This document shows positions 9,249-19,104 of a stretch of DNA of 64,000 nt, piece after piece. Each line of letters begins with the position of its first letter. Position 1 is the first letter of the stretch. The notes beneath the pieces were generated by a model. That model worked only from the letters and a program-made list of their open reading frames with translations. It was not told the DNA's origin and did not search any database. The position numbers and the translations under genes are program-made. The stretch lies in NCBI GenBank assembly GCA_009838515.1, contig VXRL01000004.1:8863-72862 (forward strand), in the 5' to 3' direction. This DNA comes from Terriglobia bacterium. Lineage in GTDB: Bacteria > Acidobacteriota > Terriglobia > Bryobacterales > UBA6623.

Positions 9249-10526
9249 ATGCTCGAACGACGCCATGTCATCAAGGCGGGTTTAGCGACCGCCGCCGCTT
9301 CGCTTCTGCCTGACATTCCGCAGGTCCTGCGGGCGCTGCCGGCCGCGGAGAGCCAGCTCGGCAAAGTCAAGATCACTGCCATCAAGACGGCGTCGGTACA
9401 CATCAAGTATCCCGCCCACTTGGTGCGGATCGAAACCGATTCAGGGCTCTACGGGATCGGCGAGTCGTACAACCGAGACGGCATTCTGAGCCATGTCCGG
9501 TCCTTCGAGGAGATATTGCGCGGGGAAGATCCGCTGCAGGTCGATTACCTTGCGACCAAGATGGCCGAGGCACAGCTTGGCCACGGCACTTGGACCGGTT
9601 CGCTGCCCGGTGCCATCAGCGGTATCGAGACCGCGCTCTGGGATCTGGCAGGGAAGATCCTCGGCGTTCCTGTGTATGTGCTGCTCGGGGGGCGCTTTCG
9701 CGACAAAATTCTGATCTACCATGACACCGGATCGCCTCAGACGCCGGACCCCGCCGCTTGGGTCGCCGAGGCCGAGAAGTCGCTGGAGTACGGCTTCCAA
9801 GCGACCAAGTTCGACATGGACTGGGAGAGCCGCGGCCGGGCCATCCGGGGCGAGCCGTTCCAATACCGGGGCGAGCTTTGGAATCGCGGCATCGCATCGC
9901 TGGAAATGAAACAGTGGCGTGCCATCTTGGTTGCCATAAGGGAGCGCCTGGGCGAACACTACCCCTTGGGCATCGACCTTCATTTCAACTACAACTACGC
10001 AGACGCGCTAGCGTTTAGCAGGATGGTGGAAGATCTCAACTTGTGGTTCATCGAGGATCCGATCCCCCCGCAGAACGCGGACGCGATGGCGAGGTTCACT
10101 AGTGAGTGCAATGTTACGACTTGCACCGGCGAGAACCTCTACACCCGCCAGACGTTCCGTCCGTTCATCGAGAAGCAGGCCGCGGATATCTTGCAGCCGG
10201 ATCCGCAGAAGGCAGGTGGACTGCTGGAGACCAAGCGCATAGCCGACTGGGCGGACCAGTACTACATCACGTTCGCTTGCCACAACATGTGCACGCCTGT
10301 CGGGACCGTGGCCAACGCGCATGCCTGCGCGGCGATTCGCTCATTCGTCGCCTTGGAGTCGGATTCGGTGGAATTGGAGCACTGGGACGACCTGATCGAG
10401 CGCGACGCGCCGTTCTACCAAGATGGCTACTACGTGCTCACGGACAAGCCGGGCCTCGGCATCGAGCTGAACGAGGAGGTCTGCCGGAGGCACTTGACCG
10501 GCGGCTCCTCGTACTTCGGGATATGA
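9249..10526 (+). CDS. Enolase-superfamily enzyme (mandelate racemase/muconate lactonizing family, sugar-acid dehydratase-like) with a Tat-like N-terminus
   Basis: ATG 9249 gives MLERRHVIKAGLATAAASLLP. The protein has a GLYGIGES capping region, and DLHFNY, FIEDP and TGENLY as metal-ligand-like blocks. The track start at 9009 adds an Arg/Pro-rich extension that overlaps the divergent hydrolase. Confidence 0.75.
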   Translation: MLERRHVIKAGLATAAASLLPDIPQVLRALPAAESQLGKVKITAIKTASVHIKYPAHLVRIETDSGLYGIGESYNRDGILSHVRSFEEILRGEDPLQVDYLATKMAEAQLGHGTWTGSLPGAISGIETALWDLAGKILGVPVYVLLGGRFRDKILIYHDTGSPQTPDPAAWVAEAEKSLEYGFQATKFDMDWESRGRAIRGEPFQYRGELWNRGIASLEMKQWRAILVAIRERLGEHYPLGIDLHFNYNYADALAFSRMVEDLNLWFIEDPIPPQNADAMARFTSECNVTTCTGENLYTRQTFRPFIEKQAADILQPDPQKAGGLLETKRIADWADQYYITFACHNMCTPVGTVANAHACAAIRSFVALESDSVELEHWDDLIERDAPFYQDGYYVLTDKPGLGIELNEEVCRRHLTGGSSYFGI

Positions 10527-10605
10527 TCAACGCAGCTGTCCCTGCGCGATCCGGATGGGCCAGGACGACAGGCAAGGTGCGACCGCCGTCCAACTTCATG
10601 AACAA

Positions 10606-11082
10606 ATGACAGGGAATACGCAAAGCGGGGCCTTGGAAGTCACGAACCAGCCCGTTGCAAAGGCAGAATTGCTCATTCGACGGCCCGCCGCAGAGGTGTT
10701 TGAGGCGTTCGTCGATCCGGACGTCATCACCAAGTTTTGGTTTGACGCCAGCAGCGGGCGACTCGAGAGTGGCAAGACCGTTCGATGGCACTGGGACAGG
10801 TGCGACGCAGCGGTCGAAGTTCGAGTGAAGGCTGTCGAGCACAATGAGCGAATTCTTATTGAGTGGGACGACGAGAACCCTACGACGGTGGAGTGGTCCT
10901 TTACGCCTCGATCGGCGCATACGACGTATGTGAGCGTCGTGAATTCGGGCTTCAGCGGCAACGGTGACGAGATCGTGCATCAAGCCCTCGATTCGGCCGG
11001 CGGATTCGCGCTGGTGCTCGCGGCCGCCAAGGCGTACCTCGAGCATGGCATCTCCCTGAACATCGTCGCGGATCGATTCTAG
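10606..11082 (+). CDS. SRPBCC/AHSA1 (Aha1-like START-fold) family protein
   Basis: ATG 10606. LIRRPAAEVFEAFVDPDVITKFWF..., ~158 aa, typical of Activator-of-Hsp90-ATPase-homolog-1-like small proteins. Confidence 0.7.
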   Translation: MTGNTQSGALEVTNQPVAKAELLIRRPAAEVFEAFVDPDVITKFWFDASSGRLESGKTVRWHWDRCDAAVEVRVKAVEHNERILIEWDDENPTTVEWSFTPRSAHTTYVSVVNSGFSGNGDEIVHQALDSAGGFALVLAAAKAYLEHGISLNIVADRF

Positions 11083-11439
11083 CCACTGGGAATGGCGTGA
11101 AGGCGCTCCGTCCGAGGCAGCGCATCTCTCTCCCAAACCAGCGCGATCATGCATCGATCGCCCGGTCAAGTCGCACGGTTGGCCCTGTGGCATCGAGCCT
11201 CGCTGCACACGGACTCTGGATCATCTGTCTCAAGCATGGCCGCGATTAGCATCCGGCCGATGTGCACTCTGGCGCCCCGGAAAACCGGACCCCTAGGAAT
11301 TCCACCGATTCGCCGAAGATTCGAGGCGCGAGGCGACGGGCTAGGAAGGTTTGTTGCTAGACTCCCAGTGTCGAGTTCGGCACCGGGCGCGGCATACCGT
11401 CGCCAATCGGCTCCTGCCGCGCCGAATCGACGAGGACGG

Positions 11440-12468
11440 ATGCTCGAACGAAGGCTGATCATCTGCGCCCTCTGCGTGGCCGCTGCCGGTGCGGCGCAGA
11501 CTCCCGACGCACCGCCTGTCGAGGAGAGCGACTTCGTCATCACTACCGAATCCAATCTGGTGGTCGTGCCACTACACGTCTACGACCGGAAGAAATCAGT
11601 CAATGGCTTGGGCAAGGAGGCCTTCGAGGTGCGTGAGGACGGTGTCCTTCAGCAGATCGCATTTGTCGAGGGGCCTCCGATCGACGGAGCGGAAGCCTCG
11701 TCTCGGACCGTTCCGACGGAAATCATCTTCCTTATCGATTTCAGCTACAGCGTGATGAGGCCGGGCCTGCTGGACTTCACGACGGTCCGCAGCACCATGC
11801 TGGAACGTTTGCGGGACGACGTGATGATCTCGGTCTACGGTTTCGCCAGCAAGCTGAAGCGGTTCACAGGGCCCACGCGGGATCTCGACAAGCTCCAGTG
11901 GGCGCTGGACCAAGCGTACGAATCGGAAACGGGAGGGAGTCGGGTCTACGAGGCGATCATGCAGACCGCTCGCGACGCTTCGCAACGGGGAGGAAACGTC
12001 TCGAGGATGATGGTGGTGTTCTCGGACGGCTTGAGCACGACGAAGCTCAGCCCTGAAATGGCCGTCCAAGCTGCACGGGCATTCGGGATCCCGCTGTATC
12101 CCGTGATCCTTGGTCACGACCGCGTCCTTCGGAGATCCCGGACACGCGTGCCGGCACTTGGTCCGTCTAGGAACCCGCGCGGAGGTCGAGGGGGCGGTTC
12201 GGGCGCGACCGAGCAGGAGAATCGGATGCGGATATTTTCGGAGATTGGACGCAAGACCGGCGGGCGGAGCTACGACTTGCAAGTTCTCAACAACAAGGTC
12301 ATCCGCAGGATCCTCGGATCCCTCTCCCAATTGGCAGAGACCGAGTACGTGCTCGGGTACTATCCTCGCGAGGTAGACGAGGAGCTCACGGCCCACCAAG
12401 TTCGAGTTAACTTGGCCAGCGACGAGATCGGAAAGCTGTATGGGGGCCATCGACTCGTGGTGCACTGA
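11440..12468 (+). CDS. Secreted von Willebrand factor A domain protein (acidobacterial VWFA-related type)
   Basis: ATG 11440 gives the signal peptide MLERRLIICALCVAAAGAAQ. There is a MIDAS-like IIFLIDFSYSV motif. The overall layout (N-terminal beta region, VWA, C-terminal YVLGYYP) is like the TIGR03436-type family. Confidence 0.7.
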   Translation: MLERRLIICALCVAAAGAAQTPDAPPVEESDFVITTESNLVVVPLHVYDRKKSVNGLGKEAFEVREDGVLQQIAFVEGPPIDGAEASSRTVPTEIIFLIDFSYSVMRPGLLDFTTVRSTMLERLRDDVMISVYGFASKLKRFTGPTRDLDKLQWALDQAYESETGGSRVYEAIMQTARDASQRGGNVSRMMVVFSDGLSTTKLSPEMAVQAARAFGIPLYPVILGHDRVLRRSRTRVPALGPSRNPRGGRGGGSGATEQENRMRIFSEIGRKTGGRSYDLQVLNNKVIRRILGSLSQLAETEYVLGYYPREVDEELTAHQVRVNLASDEIGKLYGGHRLVVH

Positions 12469-12690
12469 GCCGATCCGCTAGATGCAGTGCGTCTCGGAAC
12501 GGCCCGCTAGCGCGGACGCCGGACCCCCGGGGCGCGCGCACCAGACACGACCCTACCCGTCCGCATCGGAGGCAACCAAGCGCGGCGCGGCTGGAGCGAA
12601 GGGCGGCTGTGAAGGGGGGCTTGGTTGGGATCCGTGGCCTTCTGCTCGACGGGCCCTGCGCTAGACTGGGTTCACAGAGGCGTTTCCGTC

Positions 12691-13236
12691 ATGATGCACC
12701 GTCCACACAGCCTTCGATTCGGCATTCTGGCACTCTTGGTGGTTGTCCCGGCCGCACTTGTCGGCGCGGAAGCTGGCGGCGTTCAGTTCGATGACCCGTC
12801 CGGCTGGATGTCGGCTCCCAAGCCGATGCGCGCCGCAAACTACACGATTCCGGCCGCCGCCGGCGACCAGCAGGACGGAGAGCTGGCCATTTTCTACTTC
12901 GGACCCGGCCAGGGAGGCGGCGTGGAAGCCAACGTGCGGCGCTGGCTCGGCCAATTCGTCAAGGCCGATGGCAGCCCCATGACGTCGGGCGATGCCGAGC
13001 GCCAAGACCAGCAGGTGGGCGGAATGGCGGTCACCTTGCTCGACGTGAGCGGCACGTACCTGTTCAAACCCTTCCCCATGGCGCCGAGAGCCACCCCGAT
13101 GCCGGGCTACCGCATGCTGGCGGCCATAGTGCAAGGGCCCGATGCGCCCGTCTTCTTCAAGCTGACGGCGCCCGCCAAGACCGCGGCTGAGGCGGAAGCC
13201 GAGTTCCGCAAGATTATCGCCTCGCTCAGGCGCTAG
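12691..13236 (+). CDS. Hypothetical secreted protein
   Basis: ATG 12691 gives MMHRPHSLRFGILALLVVVPAALVGAEA. The composition looks coding. I recognise no family. Confidence 0.55.
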   Translation: MMHRPHSLRFGILALLVVVPAALVGAEAGGVQFDDPSGWMSAPKPMRAANYTIPAAAGDQQDGELAIFYFGPGQGGGVEANVRRWLGQFVKADGSPMTSGDAERQDQQVGGMAVTLLDVSGTYLFKPFPMAPRATPMPGYRMLAAIVQGPDAPVFFKLTAPAKTAAEAEAEFRKIIASLRR

Positions 13237-13257
13237 GTGCCGGCCGGCGCGGCAGCG

Positions 13258-15846
13258 TCACGAGCCCGCCTGGCGGATTACGAGCGTATCGCCCTGCATG
13301 ATGCGCGAGGAGCGCAGTCCGTTCCAGCGCATCAGGTCGTTGACGCTGACCCCGAAACGCTTGGCGATGATTGTCAGCGAGTCGCCGCTGCGGATGCGGT
13401 AGGTCGTCTGCGCAAGCGAAGCCTGCGAGCCCACCACCAGCTTCTGTCCGGGATAGATGCGCGAGGTGTTGAGGTTGTTCCAGCGGCGCAGATCGGCGAC
13501 CGTCGTTCCGTGCTGTCTGGCGATCTTGTCCAGCGAGTCTCCGCGAACGACGCTGTAGGTGCCCGATCCGATCGAGCTCGACCCGCGGCTCGGCGATGCC
13601 GGCCTGCTGGCCGTCGCAGATTGGCTGACGATCAGTTCTTGGCCGATCTGGATCGTGCTGCCTCGAATGCCGTTCCAAGCCCGGAGCCTGGCCGCGCTCG
13701 TGCCGTGGCGTTCCGCGATGCCCCCGAGGGTGTCGCCCCGCCGCACCGTGTAGCGTCCCGAGCCATTCGTGCCGCTTGACCCTCTCGAATTGGAAGTCGT
13801 CTGCGGCCTTGCGCTTGCCACTGTGCCTGACGTCGGACGCACCAGCAGGAACTTGCCGGCGCGGATCCGGCTGCTGCGCAGGTTGTTCCATTTGCGCAAG
13901 TCACTGACCGACACGCCGAACTGCTCGGCGATGGTCGAAAGGGAGTCCCCAGACCGAATCCGGTAGTGGTTCGGGCTGGGGGCCGGGATTTGCCGCCCTG
14001 GGATGGCCGCCGAAGTCGAGGCCCGCTGCGGCGCTGCCGGCGGGGGTCCGGGCACCTTGAGGGTCTGGCCGACATGGATCGTGGTGCCCCGGATCCCGTT
14101 CCACGCCTTCAACTGCGCGACCGATGCGCCTACCCGCGCCCCGATTCTGGACAGCGAATCGCCTCGTCGCACGGTGTAGCGCCCTGTCGGGGACGAGCCG
14201 GATGCGGCCGTGGCCGTCGTGGAGCCGCTGGCGGCGTTGGGATCCACGATGAGATACCGCCCGGCGCGGATCCGGGTGTTGGGAAGTCCGTTCCACTGCT
14301 GCAGGTTCGCGACGGTGGTCCTGAAGCGTCGCGCGATGCCGCCTAGCGTGTCGCCGGAAGCGATCCTGTAGCGCCCGGTGCCGGGCTCCAGCAATCCTCC
14401 CGCCCCGCCGTAATAGCGGTAGATCGCCATCCTGGTCGTCGTCGGGACGGTGAGCCTCTGCCCGCCTTGGAGCGGTGCTTCCGGCGGTAGCGAGTTCAGC
14501 GCCAGCAGGGTCTCGGGCTTGACCTTGTAGCGATTGGCGACGGCGGCCAGGGTCTCGCCCGGGCGCACTTCGTAGCGCCGCCAGTTCAAGCGCTTGTCAG
14601 CGGGCACCAGGGCGATCTCTCGTTCGAATCGCTCGGTCGTGCCCTTGGGCAGCCTCAAGTCATACCCGTACGGCGGCGTCGCCGAGCGCAGCAGGCCTTG
14701 GTTGAGATCCTTGATCGCGTCCAGCGAAAAACCGGTTGCGTCCGCGATCAGCGCGAAGCTAGTCTCGCCCGCCGTGCGCACGGTGTCGTATTCCAGCGGT
14801 GGTGCGTAGTCGATCTCCCCCAGATCGAACAGGCTCAGGTTCTGGCCGACCAATGTCATTGCCAGAATGATCGGGACATAGTTGCGGGTCTCTCTGGGCA
14901 GCGCCCGGCGCCTGATCAAGGTCCAGTAGTCGCGGCTGCCCGTTCGTCGGATCGCGCTCTTGACCCGGTTCGGCCCCGAGTTGTACGCGGCCATCGCCAG
15001 GTACCAGTCCCCGAACTCGATATGCAGGTCCTTGAGGTGCTTGGCAGCCGCCCGCGTAGCGGTCTCGGCGTCGTAGCGCAGGTCGACGTAGCGGTCTTGG
15101 CGCAGCCCGTACTGTTTGCCCCGCGACGAGATGAACTGCCACATGCCGGTCGCGTAGGCATGCGAGCGCGCCTTGGGCCGGAATCCGGACTCCGCCATCG
15201 CGAGATAGTACATCTCGGCCGGCACCTCCTCTTCCTCGAGAATGCGCTCGATCATCGGGCGATAGGCGGAACCGCGTCCGAGGGAGGCGCGAATCGTCGC
15301 GATGCCGCGCCTGCTCTGGGTGAAGTAGTTGAGCAGGCGCTTGACGTCCGCGGTGAGGGCGAGCGGCAGCTCCGACCGGGTATGCAGCAGGGCCTCTTCG
15401 TGGGACAGCTTCCTGGGGACTTCGTCGGGAAGCGAGAGCTCGAGCAGCTCGTCTAGCAGGGCGATCTCGTCCTCGCTGGCCGCCAGCTCTTCGGAATCTA
15501 GCGCGGGAGGGTGCTCAAGCAACGCTTGCGCCGCCTCGGCTTCTGCCGCTGCTTGGGCCGCCTCAAGACTGTCCTCGACGGACGGATCGGCAGGCGCTGC
15601 TGGCTCAGCGGATGCCGGCGGAGTTGCAGGCGCTTGGGCGGTGGTTGCCGTCGCGGGCGGGCTGGTCGGCGGGTCTGGAGCTTGGATTCTGACGGTACGC
15701 GACCCACGGGAGCACGCAGCCAAGCAGAACAGGCAGGCGAGGGCCGCCACCAGACACAGTCGCCGATTGCGGCGAACGTTGCTAGCTGGCGGGAAACCTA
15801 GATGGATGCCGGGCCGAGCAATACATGCCCGGAACAAAATGTCCAT
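13258..15846 (-). CDS. MltD-like lytic murein transglycosylase (SLT domain) with seven C-terminal LysM domains; probable lipoprotein
   Basis: SLT block AMAESGFRPKARSHAYATGMWQFI..AAYNSGP. The lipobox-like sequence is CLFCLAAC. Seven copies of Y.V/I.(R)GD(S/T)L..IA..(F/H)G.....L..WN.L....I..G..L.V are present. Confidence 0.9.
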   Translation of the reverse strand: MDILFRACIARPGIHLGFPPASNVRRNRRLCLVAALACLFCLAACSRGSRTVRIQAPDPPTSPPATATTAQAPATPPASAEPAAPADPSVEDSLEAAQAAAEAEAAQALLEHPPALDSEELAASEDEIALLDELLELSLPDEVPRKLSHEEALLHTRSELPLALTADVKRLLNYFTQSRRGIATIRASLGRGSAYRPMIERILEEEEVPAEMYYLAMAESGFRPKARSHAYATGMWQFISSRGKQYGLRQDRYVDLRYDAETATRAAAKHLKDLHIEFGDWYLAMAAYNSGPNRVKSAIRRTGSRDYWTLIRRRALPRETRNYVPIILAMTLVGQNLSLFDLGEIDYAPPLEYDTVRTAGETSFALIADATGFSLDAIKDLNQGLLRSATPPYGYDLRLPKGTTERFEREIALVPADKRLNWRRYEVRPGETLAAVANRYKVKPETLLALNSLPPEAPLQGGQRLTVPTTTRMAIYRYYGGAGGLLEPGTGRYRIASGDTLGGIARRFRTTVANLQQWNGLPNTRIRAGRYLIVDPNAASGSTTATAASGSSPTGRYTVRRGDSLSRIGARVGASVAQLKAWNGIRGTTIHVGQTLKVPGPPPAAPQRASTSAAIPGRQIPAPSPNHYRIRSGDSLSTIAEQFGVSVSDLRKWNNLRSSRIRAGKFLLVRPTSGTVASARPQTTSNSRGSSGTNGSGRYTVRRGDTLGGIAERHGTSAARLRAWNGIRGSTIQIGQELIVSQSATASRPASPSRGSSSIGSGTYSVVRGDSLDKIARQHGTTVADLRRWNNLNTSRIYPGQKLVVGSQASLAQTTYRIRSGDSLTIIAKRFGVSVNDLMRWNGLRSSRIMQGDTLVIRQAGS
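13261..14590 (-). repeat. Array of 7 tandem LysM-encoding modules inside the transglycosylase gene
   Basis: Protein-level repeats: YEVRPGETL.., YRIASGDTL.., YTVRRGDSL.., YRIRSGDSL.., YTVRRGDTL.., YSVVRGDSL.., YRIRSGDSL.. They are separated by Ser/Thr/Ala/Pro/Gly linkers. Boundaries are approximate. Confidence 0.8.
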
Positions 15847-15896
15847 GGGCGGGGAATCCCTCTCCGAGCAGCATTATTGCATGCGGAGTGCTACCA

Positions 15897-15925
15897 TTGT
15901 CAATCTTTCAACCGGGCCGCATAAC
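15897..15925 (+). promoter_or_regulatory. Candidate sigma70-type promoter for purE (TTGTCA-N17-CATAAC)
   Basis: TTGTCA at 15897-15902, a 17-nt spacer, CATAAC at 15920-15925, then AGGA about 10 nt upstream of ATG 15945. Motif match only. Confidence 0.3.
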
Positions 15926-15944
15926 GCCCTAGGAATGGAACTGT

Positions 15945-16433
15945 ATGGCTGAATCCCCTCCTCTCGTCGCCGTGATTATGGGCAGCACCTCGGACTGGTC
16001 CTCGATGAAGTCCTGCTCGGAAACGCTCGAGCAGTTCGGCGTGCCGCACGAGTGCAAGGTGAGCTCGGCGCACCGCACGCCCGACATGACGGCCGACTAT
16101 ATCGGCTCTGCCGAAGAGCGCGGCATCCGCGTGATCATCGCTGCGGCCGGCGGCGCGGCGCATCTTGCCGGGGTGTGCGCGGCGCACACGGTGCTGCCCG
16201 TGCTGGGCGTGCCGATGCCCAGCGTCCTGGACGGCTTGGACTCGCTGCTCTCGACCGTGCAGATGCCGGGAGGCATTCCGGTCGGAACCTTGGCAATCGG
16301 CAAGGCGGGCGCCAAGAACGCGGCGCTATTGGCGATCGCGATCCTCGCCACTAGCGACGAGTCCTTGCGCGACAGCCTGAAGGACTTCCGCCGCGCGCAG
16401 GCGGAGAAGGTGCGCAACGCGACGCTGGACTAG
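15945..16433 (+). CDS. purE: 5-(carboxyamino)imidazole ribonucleotide mutase
   Basis: [22 protein letters not shown] and [14 protein letters not shown] are classic PurE blocks. Length is 162 aa. Confidence 0.95.
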   Translation: MAESPPLVAVIMGSTSDWSSMKSCSETLEQFGVPHECKVSSAHRTPDMTADYIGSAEERGIRVIIAAAGGAAHLAGVCAAHTVLPVLGVPMPSVLDGLDSLLSTVQMPGGIPVGTLAIGKAGAKNAALLAIAILATSDESLRDSLKDFRRAQAEKVRNATLD

Positions 16434-16466
16434 CCGGCACCCGCGGCCAGAGTTTTGGTACTCTCG

Positions 16467-17837
16467 ATGGCCGCAATGACACTTCATCCACTGGTCATAC
16501 TCGCGATCGCCATCGCGGTCGTGTTCGTGCTGATCCTGCGCCTGCGGATCAACGCTTTCATCGCACTGATCACGGCTGCGACCACGGTGGGCATTCTCTC
16601 GCCCAACGTCGGGCTGGCGGAAGTGATGCCATCGGTGGCGGGAGAATTCGGCGGGGTCTGCGCCAGCATCGCGATCGTGATCGCGCTGGCGGCGCTGATC
16701 GGCCAGTGCCTGATGGAAAGCGGGGCTGCGGACAAGATCGTCCGGGTGTTCGTGCGGGCGCTGGGCGAGAAGCACGCCTCGCTGTCACTGCTGTCGAGCG
16801 GCTACGTGCTGTCCGTGCCGGTGTTTTTCGACACCGTCTTCTACTTGCTGGTGCCGCTCGCGCGTGCGATGCGGGTGCGCATGGGCAAGCACTACCTGCT
16901 GTTTCTGATGGCGATCTCGGCGGGCGGGGCGGTGACCCACTCGATGGTGCCGCCGACGCCGGGCCCGCTCGCGATGGCCGCGACGCTGGGAATCGACCTG
17001 GGCGTGATGATCCTGGTCGGCGCGATCATCGCCGTGCCAATGTCGGTGGGCGGCTGGCTGTTCGGCATGTTGCGAGACCGGCAGCTTGCGGTGCCGCTGC
17101 GCGAGACACAGGGGCTGACCCTGGACGAGCTCGAGGAGCTAGCCCAGAAGGGCGAGGAGCGGCTGCCGAGCTTCTTCATGGCGATGCTGCCTATCGTGCT
17201 GCCGGTGGTCCTGATCGCATCCAACACCTTGGTCGGCGCGCTGGAAGTGGGGGGCGTGCTCAGCGACGTCACCTCGTTCTTGGGGAATCCGAACCTCGCC
17301 CTGCTGGCGTCGGCCGCGATCTCGTTGGTGCTGCTGGCCAAGCAGAAGGGCTACTCGCTCGCGCAGCTGGCCGGTCCGGTGGAGACGTCGCTGGCGAGCG
17401 GGGGCCTGATCATCCTGATCACCGCGGCGGGCGGTTCGTTCGGCAAGATGCTGGTGAGGGCCGACGTCGGCAAGGTCATCGGCGACACTTCGCAGGAGTT
17501 CGGCGTGCCGTTGCTGTTGCTGAGCTTCCTGCTGGGAGCCCTGCTGAAGGTGGCCCAGGGTTCGGGGACAGTGGCCATGATCACCGTGTCGGCCATCATG
17601 GTGCCGCTGGTGGTCGATACGCCGATAGGGTTCCACGCAGTGTACGTGGCGTGCGCGATCGGTTCGGGATCGCTGGTTGGTTCGTGGATGAACGACTCGG
17701 GATTCTGGGTCTACAAGCAGATGTCCGGTCTGACCGAGACCGAGGCGCTTCAGACCTGGACGCCACTGCTGGCGGTCATGGGCGTGATCGGATACGTTGT
17801 GACGCAGATCGCCGCCGTGATCCTGCCGCTGGCGTAA
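16467..17837 (+). CDS. GntP-family (gluconate/organic acid:H+) permease
   Basis: ~455 aa and hydrophobic throughout. It has HSMVPPTPGPLAMA and GSLVGSWMNDSGFWV blocks typical of GntP permeases. The start is either ATG 16467 or TTG 16455. Confidence 0.8.
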   Translation: MAAMTLHPLVILAIAIAVVFVLILRLRINAFIALITAATTVGILSPNVGLAEVMPSVAGEFGGVCASIAIVIALAALIGQCLMESGAADKIVRVFVRALGEKHASLSLLSSGYVLSVPVFFDTVFYLLVPLARAMRVRMGKHYLLFLMAISAGGAVTHSMVPPTPGPLAMAATLGIDLGVMILVGAIIAVPMSVGGWLFGMLRDRQLAVPLRETQGLTLDELEELAQKGEERLPSFFMAMLPIVLPVVLIASNTLVGALEVGGVLSDVTSFLGNPNLALLASAAISLVLLAKQKGYSLAQLAGPVETSLASGGLIILITAAGGSFGKMLVRADVGKVIGDTSQEFGVPLLLLSFLLGALLKVAQGSGTVAMITVSAIMVPLVVDTPIGFHAVYVACAIGSGSLVGSWMNDSGFWVYKQMSGLTETEALQTWTPLLAVMGVIGYVVTQIAAVILPLA

Positions 17838-18189
17838 GCATCGCCCGCGCGGCTAGCTGCCAGCATCTTGAGACGGGTCCGTTCCCACGGCTGGGGTATG
17901 TGCTGGGCACCTGAGCGGCCTGGCCGAGGATGAGCCAGCTCTCGCTCCCTCGCCGACAGTCTCTGTCCGGTTCGACACGACACCGCCCTCCGCTGAGCTG
18001 TCGATGCAGTGGACGCGCACTCGACGAGGCACCGTTGCCGAGCTATGCGGCTAGCAAGGCATTGACTACGAGGCCCGTCGCGAATCCGGCCCTTCCGAGC
18101 TGGCATCGGTTCGCAGGGGATCTAGCCTTGAAACCGGAGTCGGCGCTCCCCCGTCTCAGCCAATAGTTGCAGTTCGAAAGGAGAAAGCC

Positions 18190-18708
18190 ATGAAATGCTC
18201 AATCGCAAAGTTCTTGATTCCGTTGGCGCTGTTCGCCGCGATCGGCGTAGCGGCCGACACCCACTCGCTGGGTCGGCAGGTCCGACACGAGTTGGTCATG
18301 CTGCCGTACTACAGCGTATTCGACAACTTCGCGTACCAAGTCGACGGTTCGACCGTCGTGCTTGCGGGGCAAGTGACCCGGCCGACCCTGAAGTCTGGCG
18401 CGGAGCGCGTTGTCGAGCGAGTTGAGGGCGTGGGCAAAGTCGTCAACAAGATCGAGGTATTGCCGCTTTCATCCAGCGACGATCAGATTCGCTGGCAGGT
18501 CTTCCGTGCGATCTACCAAGATTCCGTGCTCAGCCGCTATGCCTGGCAGGCCGTGCCGCCGATCCACATCGTGGTGCGGAACGGGCACGTGACCCTGGAG
18601 GGCGTGGTGAACGCCTCGATGGAGAAGGCCGTCGCGAACGCCCGAGCGAACGCTGTCGCCGGGGTGTTCTCGGTGGTCAACAACCTCCGGGTAGAGAGCC
18701 GCGGATAG
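18190..18708 (+). CDS. Secreted BON-domain protein (two BON domains, OsmY-like)
   Basis: Strong RBS (GAAAGGAGAAAGCC-ATG). Signal peptide MKCSIAKFLIPLALFAAIGVAA. Two BON-like units end in VGKVVNKIEV and VFSVVNNLRV. Confidence 0.8.
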   Translation: MKCSIAKFLIPLALFAAIGVAADTHSLGRQVRHELVMLPYYSVFDNFAYQVDGSTVVLAGQVTRPTLKSGAERVVERVEGVGKVVNKIEVLPLSSSDDQIRWQVFRAIYQDSVLSRYAWQAVPPIHIVVRNGHVTLEGVVNASMEKAVANARANAVAGVFSVVNNLRVESRG

Positions 18709-19104
18709 CTCGCCTTCTCCAATTGCGCCCGGAATGCTGGGCGGCGCGTGCGTAGACTTGACTGCTAGGGAGGCCATGCAAGGCTATGCCCCAAGAGTCC
18801 TGCGCGCCGCTCAGCCAGCCGTCGGAGTCGAGTACGCTGCTGATTCCTGATCGAGAGCAGGCAGCGGCACGGGGGATCAGGGAACACCGAGCGCACGGGA
18901 CCCAACTAGACCGCTGCACCGCTCCACGCGGCTGGTAACGCCAGAGCTGGGCTGCGCCCTTGGCAATCTCACGCCCCGATCAGCGGCAGGCTTCGGTACA
19001 ATCGCACTAACTTGAGCGGAGGGAGCATCTTCCAAGGCCCCTCCGGCAGGGTTTGGCCGACAAGCCTGCCTGGTTCGATTCGGCGAGCCCTCGAAGGCGC
19101 TGTC

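Noticed and set aside
19060-19085. GGTTCGATT, a tRNA T-loop-like motif, in the intergenic region upstream of the second DUF1592 gene.
   Set aside because: The flanking bases do not pair into a T-stem (cctgg versus cggcg). No acceptor or anticodon arms can be drawn in the preceding 70 nt.
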